From contig CAVUZL010000014.1 in assembly GCA_963745875.1 (NCBI GenBank), positions 449,203 through 513,202 on the forward strand: 64,000 nt of DNA, written 5' to 3'. Both the position numbers and the translations under genes were made by a program. The DNA is from an uncultured Acidobacteriota bacterium. Its GTDB lineage: Bacteria; Acidobacteriota; Vicinamibacteria; Vicinamibacterales; CAVVIG01. Below are positions 47,690 to 56,428 of the stretch, piece after piece; position 1 is the first letter of the stretch, and each line of letters opens with the position of its first letter. Under the pieces are notes generated by a model that ran no database searches, was not told where the DNA came from, and saw nothing but the letters and a program-made list of their open reading frames with translations.

Positions 47690-48730
47690 CTACTTGTTCT
47701 CCTTGAAGCCCGCCGGCACCGCGACGTCCGCCGGCGAGACCTCGGTCACGACCTTCAACACTTCGGTGGTGCTGGTCATCACCGTCGAGCGCGGGCCGCT
47801 GGCATCGTCACCGCCCGCCGCCATTTTCTTGGCCGCGGCTTTCTTCGCAAACGCCCCCATCAGGCCGCTGACCGTCGCCGGTGTTTTCGTCGACGATGTG
47901 CTGTCCGCCTGCTTCGCCTGTGCTTCCTGGGCCACCTGCTCGGCCGACTTCACGCCATCCATCGTCGTTACCGTGGAGATGGAGGTGCCGTTCATCTTCG
48001 TGCCTTCGGTTCGCATCCTCGCCAGCGCCGGCGCCATCAGCGGATACATGGCGGTGGCCGCGGCCACTTCGTCAGCGGACGCGCCGGCGACCATCGGTCC
48101 GAACAACTTCTGGGCGTAGCGGATGTCGAAGTCCTGGATCTCCTTCATCGCGGCGATCTTCGGCGTCAGCCACATGTCCGACGTCAGGACCATACCGCCG
48201 CTTTCTTCGAGCTTCTTGCCCTTTTCGCGCAGCGTGATCGTCATCACGACTTCGTGGGTGTCGAACCCGTTGATCACCTTCTTCTGGCCGGTGTCCTTCA
48301 CGTCGAAGTCGATGTCGATGTTGTTCTCGGGCGGCGCCGAACTCGGCTTGCTCGCCTCTTTGGCCTCTTCCTTTTGCGCGTTGTCCTGCGCTTTCTTCTT
48401 CGCGTCTTCCATGCGCTGGCGCATCTGGGCAAAGGTCGTGACCTTGTAGGTCTTCTTCTTCATGTCCAGGTCGTAGACCTTCTCCTCGGCCAGGTCGACG
48501 ATCTGACCGGTCTGGTCGCCGATGGTGGCCTTGCGATCGCCTTTGACGGCAACAGTTGACGACGTGCCTTCCTTGGCGGCTTTTCCGCCGAACATGTTGA
48601 CGATGCGTCCAAGGGCGCCGGCAAACTCGGTGTGCGACTTCTCATCCGCACGCACGTCGGCGCGGACGGCCTGGGAAGCCAGCAAACATCCGATGACGGC
48701 CACAGCAGAAGCAGTACCAATCCGGTGCAT
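47690..48730 (-). CDS. secreted Lys/Ala-rich hypothetical protein
   Basis: GAGGAG RBS, then ATG 48730, then signal peptide AVAVIGCLLASQAVRA. No family recognised. The lysine content is unusual for this window. Confidence 0.65.
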   Translation of the reverse strand: MHRIGTASAVAVIGCLLASQAVRADVRADEKSHTEFAGALGRIVNMFGGKAAKEGTSSTVAVKGDRKATIGDQTGQIVDLAEEKVYDLDMKKKTYKVTTFAQMRQRMEDAKKKAQDNAQKEEAKEASKPSSAPPENNIDIDFDVKDTGQKKVINGFDTHEVVMTITLREKGKKLEESGGMVLTSDMWLTPKIAAMKEIQDFDIRYAQKLFGPMVAGASADEVAAATAMYPLMAPALARMRTEGTKMNGTSISTVTTMDGVKSAEQVAQEAQAKQADSTSSTKTPATVSGLMGAFAKKAAAKKMAAGGDDASGPRSTVMTSTTEVLKVVTEVSPADVAVPAGFKENK

Positions 48731-48741
48731 AGGATCTCCTC

Positions 48742-49911
48742 TCAAGGTGAGCGGTGCGATTGTACTCTCCACACCAGCCAGGTGACGATCAGGAGGGCCG
48801 GCGACCACGCCAGCGTCAGGCGTCCGAAGCCGATTCGCTCGAACAGGAATCCGCCGAGTGCGGGACCAACCAGCAAACCGGCGCCCCACGCCACGTTATA
48901 AATGCCGTAGCCGACCCCGAACGAGCCGACGCCGGCGGCTGAGGTCGCCTCGGCCATGTACGCGAGCGATGGCGTGATGATGAGCGCCACGGTGGCGGCT
49001 TCGAGCACGAACAAGGCGATCGCTGACGGGTAGCTCCACATCCGGCTGACGATCGGCAGCACGCACGCCACCAGCGCCAGCCCCACCATCGTCAATCGGC
49101 GTCCGCCGAAGCGGTCCACGAGGCGCCCGTAAATGGGATGCAGGATGGTCGTGGCCACGGCGCCGGCGCCGAAAACGAACCCGATGCGGGTCGGTCCAAT
49201 CCCGAGCTTGGCCGACAGAAACAGCGGCAGCACCGGTTCGAGCATCGTGATGGTGGCGGCGGCGGCAAGCACCGCGGCCGCGCAAGCCGCGACCTCCGGC
49301 ACCCGAAGCACGGTCGTAATCGGCACGCTATCGACCGATCGACCATGGGCCGGAATCTCGAGCCAGCTGAAAGCGACGGCGGTCACGATCGCCAGCGCGG
49401 CCACGAACAGGAACGGCAACTGCATGCCGCCGGCTTCGTACAGCCACCCGCCGAGCGTCGGTCCGAACATGAACGCGAAATTGGTGCCCGACATCACCAG
49501 ACCCATGACCCGCCCGCGTTCGTCCTGTATGTAGAGATCGGCGATCAGCGCGAAGCCGACCACCCAGGTGACCGCGTCGGCGGCGCCCTGCGCCAGCCGT
49601 GCGGCAAACAGCCACGGCAGCGTGCGCGAGAACGCGAACAGCACGGTCGCCGCGGCCAGCACCAACATCCCGCCGACCAGGGGGAGGCGACGGCCGATGC
49701 GATCCGAGGCCGCGCCCATCGGCATCGACACCGTCAACAACGTCACGCCGAACGACGCGAACAGGAAGCCGATCATCGTCGGCGACGCGCCGAGCCGGCG
49801 GCTCAGGTCAGGCAGTACCGGAACCGCGATCGAGTAGGCGACGATATCAGTGAAGGTCGCCAGTGTGACGAGCGCGACAGCGGTAGCGCGGGAATTGCGA
49901 ATGGAGGCCAT
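48742..49911 (-). CDS. MFS transporter
   Basis: 389 aa with about 12 TM segments. The MFS loop motif GAASDRIGRRLPL lies between TM2 and TM3. Confidence 0.88.
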   Translation of the reverse strand: MASIRNSRATAVALVTLATFTDIVAYSIAVPVLPDLSRRLGASPTMIGFLFASFGVTLLTVSMPMGAASDRIGRRLPLVGGMLVLAAATVLFAFSRTLPWLFAARLAQGAADAVTWVVGFALIADLYIQDERGRVMGLVMSGTNFAFMFGPTLGGWLYEAGGMQLPFLFVAALAIVTAVAFSWLEIPAHGRSVDSVPITTVLRVPEVAACAAAVLAAAATITMLEPVLPLFLSAKLGIGPTRIGFVFGAGAVATTILHPIYGRLVDRFGGRRLTMVGLALVACVLPIVSRMWSYPSAIALFVLEAATVALIITPSLAYMAEATSAAGVGSFGVGYGIYNVAWGAGLLVGPALGGFLFERIGFGRLTLAWSPALLIVTWLVWRVQSHRSP

Positions 49912-49928
49912 GAAATTGACGCGCCGTT

Positions 49929-50020
49929 ATCACGAAGACACGAAGAACACGGAGATCACGAAGAGATTCTTGTACGAATAATGCTTCGTGAGCTTCGTGG
50001 CCTTCGTGACTCCGTGATGA
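49929..50020. repeat. imperfect palindrome whose arms are tandem cacgaag-type repeats
   Basis: Left arm: atCACGAAGaCACGAAGaaCACGGAGatCACGAAGag. Right arm: gCTTCGTGagCTTCGTGgcCTTCGTGaCTCCGTGat. The best register is 49948-49963 paired with 50002-50016 (15 bp with one bulge). It sits directly after the glgB stop and is locally AT-richer. Confidence 0.8.
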
Positions 50021-50023
50021 AGT

Positions 50024-52229
50024 TCACCGGCGACGCTTCAACACCAGGCAGCCGAGCGGCGGGATCGTCAGGCGCAGTGACTGATCGAAGCCGTGGTCGG
50101 CGATCGGTTCCGTATGAACTGCTCCGCCATTGCCGATATTGCCGCCGCCGTACAGAGCGGCGTCGCTGTTCAGCAGCTCGGCGTACGACCCCGCCTCGGG
50201 CACGCCGATCCGGTAGCGCTCGCGCGGCACCGGCGTGAAGTTGAACACCATGACGAGAAATTCGCCGGCGTCGCGGCCGTAACGGACGATCGACACCACG
50301 CTGTTCTCGTTGTCGTTGCAGTCGATCCAGCGAAAGCCGCCCGGGTCGAAGTCGCGCTCGTACAGCGCGGGCTCGCCGCGCATACAGCTGGTTGAGATCC
50401 TGCACGTAGCGCCGCATCCCGGCGTGGGCGAAATCGTCCAGCAGGTGCCAGTCGAGGCTGCGATCGTGGTTCCATTCACGCCACTGCCCGAACTCGCTGC
50501 CCATGAACAGCAGCTTCTTGCCGGGGTGACTGTACATGTATCCGTACAGCGTCCGCAGCGTGGCGTGCTTCTGCCAGACGTCGCCAGGCAGCTTGTCCAG
50601 CATCGCGCGTTTGCCGTGAACGACTTCGTCGTGCGAGAACGGCAGGATGAAGTTCTCGGTGTGCATGTACAGCGCCGAGAAGGTGACGAGCGTGTGGTGC
50701 CACCGCCGATGGATCGGATCCTCGTGCACGTATTGGAGGATGTCGTGCATCCATCCCATGTTCCATTTGTATGTGAATCCGAGTCCGCCCAGGTGCACCG
50801 GCCGGCTGACACCGGGCCACGAGGTTGACTCCTCCGCTGCGGTGATCGTCCCCGGATGTTCACCGTGCGTCAGGCTGTTCAACTGCTGCAGGAATCCGAT
50901 CGCGTCGAGATTCTCTCGACCGCCGAAGCGATTGGGAATCCATTCGCCGGCCTTGCGCGAATAATCCAGGTACAGCATCGACGCGACCGCATCCACGCGA
51001 AGGCCGTCAACGTGATACTCCTCGAGCCAGAACAGCGCGTTCGACAACAGGAAATTCCGGACCTCGTTGCGTCCGTAGTTGAAGATCAGGGTGCCCCAGT
51101 CCTGATGCTCGCCCTGACGCGGATCCTCGTGCTCGAACAAAGCGGTGCCGTCGAACTGCGCGAGCCCATGCGCGTCCTTGGGAAAGTGCCCGGGCACCCA
51201 GTCGAGGATGACACCGAGTCCTGCCTGGTGACACGCGTCCACGAACAGCTTGAAGTCCTCGGGCGGGCCGAAACGCGCAGTCGGCGCGAAGTAGCCGAGG
51301 ACCTGATAGCCCCACGAGCCCGAGAACGGATGCTCCATCACCGGCAGCAGCTCGACGTGGGTGAAGCCCATCTCCTTCACGTACGGCACCAGCCGCTCGG
51401 CCATCTCGCGATACGTGAGAAAACGATCGTGGTCTTCGGGGACGCGCATCCACGATCCGAGGTGCACCTCGTAGGTCGTCATCGGCTGCGCCAGCCACGC
51501 GCCCCGTGCTGGACGCGAGGCCTCCCACGCCTGATCGTTCCAGCGATAAGTCGAGGTGTCGTGGACGATCGCGGCGGACTGCGGCGGCGCTTCGAACGCC
51601 CGCGCGAACGGATCGGTCTTCTTCAGAATCGCGCCGGTTCGGGTGCGAATCTCGAACTTGTACTTTTCGCCGTCCGGGAGGTCGGGGATGAACACCTCCC
51701 ACACGCCCCCGGGGGCGAGCAACCGCATCGGATGGACTCGGCCGTCCCAGCCGTTGAAGTCGCCGATCACGCTGACACGGTCAGCGTTGGGCGCCCATAC
51801 CGCGAAGTGGACGCCGGTCGTGGAGCCGACGACGATCCGGTGCGCGCCGAGCTTGTCGAACACCCGCTTGTGCGTGCCTTCGCCGAACAGGTGCAGATCG
51901 AAGTCCGTCAGCACGCGCCCGTAGCGATACGGATCGTCGATCTCGATCACGTGATCGTGGGGAAACGTGATTCGAAAGCGATAGTCCGGCGGATCGTCGG
52001 GTTGGCCCTGATCGAAACGGACCTCGAACACGCCGGCCGGATGACGCTTCATCATCGGGAGGAGCGCGCCGCTCGAGACCAACCGCAGTTGCATGGAGAC
52101 CGCCGCCGGCTGAAACGCACGGACGACACCGTCGTGCGGCCCGAGAATCGCGAACGGATCGCGATGCGTGCCCGCCGTCAACGCGGCGATGGCCGAATCA
52201 AGCGCGCTGACGGGGCGGACCGGAGGCAT
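50024..52229 (-). CDS. glgB: 1,4-alpha-glucan branching enzyme, interrupted by one +1 frameshift near 50375-50381
   Basis: [12 protein letters not shown] ... [24 protein letters not shown] ... [22 protein letters not shown] ... [12 protein letters not shown] ... [13 protein letters not shown] ... [14 protein letters not shown]. Homology runs to DLNQLY and continues as [23 protein letters not shown]...[12 protein letters not shown] in ORF 50024..50863. The sense strand reads ctg tat g cgc ggc gag. Confidence 0.92.
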
Positions 52230-52261
52230 GCAGGAATCTTATCGGCTTTGGAGTGGAAAAA

Positions 52262-52285
52262 GTCCGGCTAAAGCCGGACACTACA
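52262..52285. repeat. single REP-like unit (reverse orientation)
   Basis: The unit reads gtccggc-taaa-gccggac+actaca. It lies in the divergent glgB/amidase intergenic region. Confidence 0.7.
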
Positions 52286-52321
52286 TGACGCAGTCTCAAA
52301 ACATCATTCATCCGAGGACTC

Positions 52322-54151
52322 ATGCCCAAATCCAGGGATTCCATTGGACGCCGTCGTTTCATCAAAGCCGTGCCGGCAGCTGTGGCCGCGACCGTCACCC
52401 TGCCAAAAATCGTCGAGGGTCAACGCGGTGGCGGCGCACCGCCGCGCTTCGGGAAGGACGCGCTGAAGTGCGCGGAACAACTCGACGGAGTGGCCTTCAC
52501 CGACGCCGAAGATGAGATGGCAGCGGCGAGCGTCAGCCGCAATCTCGATAGCTACGAAGAGCTGCGCAAGCTCACGGTGCCGCTCGACACGGAACCGGCG
52601 ATCACCTTCCGGCCGTACCTGCCCGGCAAGCAGCCGACCGGCAAGTCATCCCGCGGCGCAAAGATCGCGATCGCCAAGGCGCCGGCCGTGCCGGTGACGC
52701 CCGGATCGCTCGAGGATCTGGCCTTCCAGCCGGTCACGGTGCTCGCGTCCTTGATCGAGAGCAAGCGGGTCACCTCCACCGACCTGACGAAGATGTATCT
52801 CGGCCGGCTGAAGCGATACGGCGATCGGCTCCACTGCGTCGTCACGCTCACCGAGGAGCTCGCGCTCGCGCAGGCAGCCACCGCCGATCGCGAGATCAAG
52901 GCCGGCAAGTACCGCGGTCCGCTGCACGGCATTCCCTTCGGCGTGAAGGATCTCTTCGACACCAAGGGAATCCGGACGACGTGGGGCGCGAAGCCGTACG
53001 AGCACCGGATCGCCGAAGTCGACGCGACGATCGTAGAGCGTCTCCGCGACGCGGGTGGCGTCCTGGTGGCGAAGCTGTCGATGGGCGCGCTCGCGCAGGG
53101 CGGCGTGTGGTTTGGCGGATCGACGCGGAACCCGTGGTCGCCCGACAACAGTTCCAGCGGATCCTCGGCCGGACCAGGCTCTGCGACCGCAGCCGGGCTC
53201 GTCGCCTTCGCGATCGGCACTGAAACGCGCGGCTCGATCATCTCGCCCTCGTCTACCTGCGGCGTCGTCGGATTGCGCCCGACCTACGGTCGCGTCAGCC
53301 GCTACGGCGCGATGGCGCTCAGCTGGACCATGGACAAGATCGGACCGATGTGCCGGAGCGTCGAGGACTGCGCGCTGGTGTTCAATGCGATCTACGGCAG
53401 CGACGGGCGCGACGAGACGTGTGTGGACGCGCCGTTCAACTGGAATCCCGAGACACCGCTCGGCAGCCTGAAGATCGGCTACATCGCAACCGAGTTCGAC
53501 GCGATCGGCGGACCCGGCGGCGGTGGCGGACGCGGCGGCGTCAGCCCGGAGGAAGCGCGCCAGCGTGCCGAGGAACGCAACCGGCTGCTGAAAGAGGCGC
53601 TCGACGTGTTGCGCGGAGCCGGCGCGAAGCTCGAGCCGATGACGCTGCCGGAGTTTCCGGCGAACGCGCTCGGCTTCATCCTGAGCGCCGAAGCGGCGGC
53701 GGCGTTCGATGACCTCACACGCAGCAAGGGCATCGACGAACTCACCGAACAAGGTCCGGGCGCGTGGCCGAACACGTTCCGGTCGTCGCGGTTCATTCCC
53801 GCGGTCGAGTACATCCGGGCGCAGCGGGCGCGCACGCTGCTCAATCGACAGATGGACGTGCTGATGTCGCAATACGACGTGTTCCTGTCGCCGACCGGCA
53901 GCGCCAGCCTCGGCATCACCAACCTGACCGGACACCCGGCCGCCTGCCTGAAGGCCGGCTTCGTCAACGGACTGCCGCAGGCGCTGATGATCACCGGCCG
54001 TCTGTACGACGAGGCCAGCGTGCTGCGCGTGGCGCTCGCTTACGAGCGGGCGACCAAATGGCACACCATGAACCCGCCGCTCGACGACAACCTCAAGAAC
54101 ATGAAAACGGCAATGAATCGGGGCATCGGCGATCGGGTGATCGGCGATTGA
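52322..54151 (+). CDS. amidase (amidase-signature family) with Tat signal
   Basis: Tat signal [15 protein letters not shown]. AS signature [55 protein letters not shown]. Confidence 0.9.
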   Translation: [609 protein letters not shown]

Positions 54152-54183
54152 AGTCACGATGAAAAGAACCTGATCCCGCAAAA

Positions 54184-54222
54184 CGAAAAAGGGCGGACCC
54201 GCGAGGGTCGCGCCCTTTTTTG
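54184..54222. terminator. bidirectional intrinsic terminator
   Basis: The sequence is aaaaa-GGGCGGACCC-gcga-GGGTCGCGCCC-tttttt. The stem is 10 bp with one bulge. It is flanked by an A-tract and a T-tract, between the convergent amidase and cyclophilin genes. Confidence 0.8.
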
Positions 54223-54269
54223 AATGTCTGTCAATCCGCCGATCACCCGATCGGCCGATCGCCGATGTC

Positions 54270-54863
54270 CTATTTCTCGAGCGTCGCCTTCTTCACGTAG
54301 TCGAGTTTCGGGAACGTCGCCTTCAGGTAGACGTTGCCCTGCGACTGGATGCTGCCCTGGTTCGGCTTCTCGCCGGCGTCGGCGTTGATCTTGTCCACCG
54401 CGTCCATGCCGGAGACGACCTGACCGAACGGCGCGAACCGCTGCGAGTCGAGGAAGCTGTTGTCCTTGTAGTTGACGAAGATCTGCGTCGAGCGTGAGTT
54501 CGGCGCGCTGGTCTGCGCGAACGTCACATAGCCGCGCTTGTTGCTCTCCTTGACCGGATCGTCCTTGATGCTCGCTTTGAACTTCGCCTGCACCGCCGGG
54601 TCGCCGGCGATCCCGAACTGGACCATGAAGTTCGGCACGACGCGAAAGAAGCGAGCCTCGTCGTAGAAACCGGCTTTGACCAGGGTGTAGAAATGATCCG
54701 CGGCATTGGGCGCCCAGGCGCGGTGCACTTCGACAACGAACGGTCCCGCGCTCGAGTCGAACTTCACTTTGTAGGTCGCCGGGGCCGTCTCGTCGGCCTG
54801 TCCGAACGCGGTCAAACCGAGCGCTCCAACGGCGAGTGCCGTTGCCACAAACTTACGGATCAT
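54270..54863 (-). CDS. secreted cyclophilin-type peptidyl-prolyl isomerase
   Basis: Signal peptide ATALAVGALGLTAFGQA. FYDEARFFRVVPNFMVQFG ... GYVTFAQTSAPNSRSTQIFVNY ... FAPFGQVVSGMDAVDKI. Confidence 0.88.
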   Translation of the reverse strand: MIRKFVATALAVGALGLTAFGQADETAPATYKVKFDSSAGPFVVEVHRAWAPNAADHFYTLVKAGFYDEARFFRVVPNFMVQFGIAGDPAVQAKFKASIKDDPVKESNKRGYVTFAQTSAPNSRSTQIFVNYKDNSFLDSQRFAPFGQVVSGMDAVDKINADAGEKPNQGSIQSQGNVYLKATFPKLDYVKKATLEK

Positions 54864-54936
54864 GCTTTGTCTCCTTCGGAAAAATTACCGTGGCATTCTG
54901 CAATCTGCATTCAGCAGGCTGCAATGTTCATGTAGT

Positions 54937-55851
54937 TTACAGGTACAGCGTCCCTTCGCCCGCGAGGACGGCCTCGCCGCCGACCCGCACGCTCGAGATT
55001 TGCCCGGCGCTGAGCCCGATCGAGATGTGCACGTGGCTCGGCCGGCCCATCTTCGCACCCTGCAGGCTGAGCATCGCCTCGGTCTTGGCGTTCGGGGCCA
55101 GACCGTGCCGGACCAGGTAGCACCCGAGTGGACCGCTGGCGCTGCCGGTCGCCGGATCTTCGTCGATGCCCAGCCCGGGCGCAAACATGCGGCTATAGGC
55201 GGTCGCGCCCTCCGGACCTGGTTCCGCTGAAAACAGGAACACGCCGTGCGCGGCAGACTTGGATGCGCGCAGGAGCTCGCCGATCGCCGCGCGATTCGGA
55301 GACGCTTCGTCCACCGCCTGCCGTGTCTTCAGCGGCACGAACACGAACGGCACGCCGCAACTGATCGCCTGCACCGGCCGTCCACCGTCGAGCATGGCTG
55401 ACGCCGGCAGCGCCAGCGCCTCGGCGGCGAGTCTCACATCAGCGATCGGATCGCTGAAGATCGGCAGGCCCTGCGTCATCCACGCAAAGCTGAGGTCGTC
55501 GCCATTCCATGTCAGCGACACCGGAGTTGGACCGACTCCGAGACCGAACACCAGCCCGGCGCGAGACGGATCGATGACGCCCGTCCGCGCGAGCGCGAAT
55601 GTCGTGCCGATGGTCGGATGGCCCGCCATGGGGAGTTCCTCGCCGATCGTGAAGATGCGCATGCGCACGTCGGTATCCTGCCGCTCGGCCGGCAGCACGA
55701 ACGTCGTCTCCGAAAAATTCATCTCCTTCGCGATCGCCTGCATCGTGGCGGACGACAACCCGCGGCCGTCGAGGAACACCGCGAGCTGGTTTCCGCCGAA
55801 CAGCTCGCCGGTGAAGACGTCGTAGTGAAGGTAGCGGTATGATTTGGCCAT
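54937..55851 (-). CDS. PhzF-family isomerase-like protein
   Basis: YLHYDVFTGELFGGNQLAVF ... MQAIAKEMNFSETTFV ... RIFTIGEELPMAGHPTIGT ... PATGSASGPLGCYL. Start at ATG 55851 (MAKSYRY). Confidence 0.88.
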   Translation of the reverse strand: MAKSYRYLHYDVFTGELFGGNQLAVFLDGRGLSSATMQAIAKEMNFSETTFVLPAERQDTDVRMRIFTIGEELPMAGHPTIGTTFALARTGVIDPSRAGLVFGLGVGPTPVSLTWNGDDLSFAWMTQGLPIFSDPIADVRLAAEALALPASAMLDGGRPVQAISCGVPFVFVPLKTRQAVDEASPNRAAIGELLRASKSAAHGVFLFSAEPGPEGATAYSRMFAPGLGIDEDPATGSASGPLGCYLVRHGLAPNAKTEAMLSLQGAKMGRPSHVHISIGLSAGQISSVRVGGEAVLAGEGTLYL

Positions 55852-56362
55852 GCTATACGCGCATTTTACGACGAGTGACGGCAAGTTCACGGTCAAGCTG
55901 TTCGACGCAGAAGCGCCGAACACAGTGGCGAATTTCGTGGGCCTGGCGGAAGGATCCAAGGAGTGGACCGATCCGCGAACCGGCCAGAAGGGGAAGAAGC
56001 CGTACTACAACGGCACCGTCTTCCACCGCGTCATCGACGGCTTCATGATCCAGGGCGGCGATCCGCTCGGTCAGGGCACCGGCGGTCCGGGCTACAAGTT
56101 CGCCGACGAGTTCCACCCGACGCTGCGCCACACCGGCGCCGGGACCCTGTCGATGGCCAACAGCGGGCCGAACACCAACGGCGGCCAGTTCTTCATCACG
56201 CTCGCCGCGACTCCGTGGCTCGACAACCGCCACAGCGTCTTCGGTGAAGTGGTCGAGGGCATGGATGTCGTCAAGAAGATCGGCTCCACGCCGACGAGCA
56301 AGCCGGGAGACCGGCCGCTGAAGCCGATCACCTTGGAGTCGGTGGTAATTGAGAAAAAGTAA
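55850..56362 (+). CDS. ppiB: cytoplasmic cyclophilin-type peptidyl-prolyl isomerase
   Basis: FTVKLFDAEAPNTVANFVGLA ... YYNGTVFHRVIDGFMIQGGDPLGQGTGGPGYKFADEF ... GTLSMANSGPNTNGGQFFIT ... LDNRHSVFGEVVEGMDVV. The ATG at 55850 overlaps the PhzF ATG on the opposite strand. Confidence 0.9.
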   Translation: MLYAHFTTSDGKFTVKLFDAEAPNTVANFVGLAEGSKEWTDPRTGQKGKKPYYNGTVFHRVIDGFMIQGGDPLGQGTGGPGYKFADEFHPTLRHTGAGTLSMANSGPNTNGGQFFITLAATPWLDNRHSVFGEVVEGMDVVKKIGSTPTSKPGDRPLKPITLESVVIEKK

Positions 56363-56363
56363 A

Positions 56364-56422
56364 AAGTGTGAAGTGAGAAGTTAGAAGTACTTCAGACTTC
56401 CAACTTCACACTTCTAACTTCC
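56364..56422. repeat. AT-richer imperfect palindrome built from gaagt-type repeats; likely bidirectional terminator
   Basis: GTGTGAAGT (56366-56374) pairs perfectly with ACTTCACAC (56403-56411). The interior carries more gaagt/acttc units and the palindrome gaagtacttc. It lies between the convergent ppiB and ankyrin genes. Confidence 0.7.
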
Positions 56423-56428
56423 GAGCTC

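Noticed and set aside
9925-52229. Programmed +1 ribosomal frameshifting as the explanation for the five split genes
   Set aside because: There is no shared slippery heptamer, no stop-codon-stimulated context like prfB, and no common downstream structure. The preceding codons differ at each site (CUG, CUU, UCC, GCC, UAU).
54184-54222. A further REP unit at the amidase/cyclophilin terminator (contains gacccgcgagggtc)
   Set aside because: It lacks the GTAG/GTGG head and is flanked by A- and T-tracts, so it is better explained as an ordinary bidirectional intrinsic terminator.
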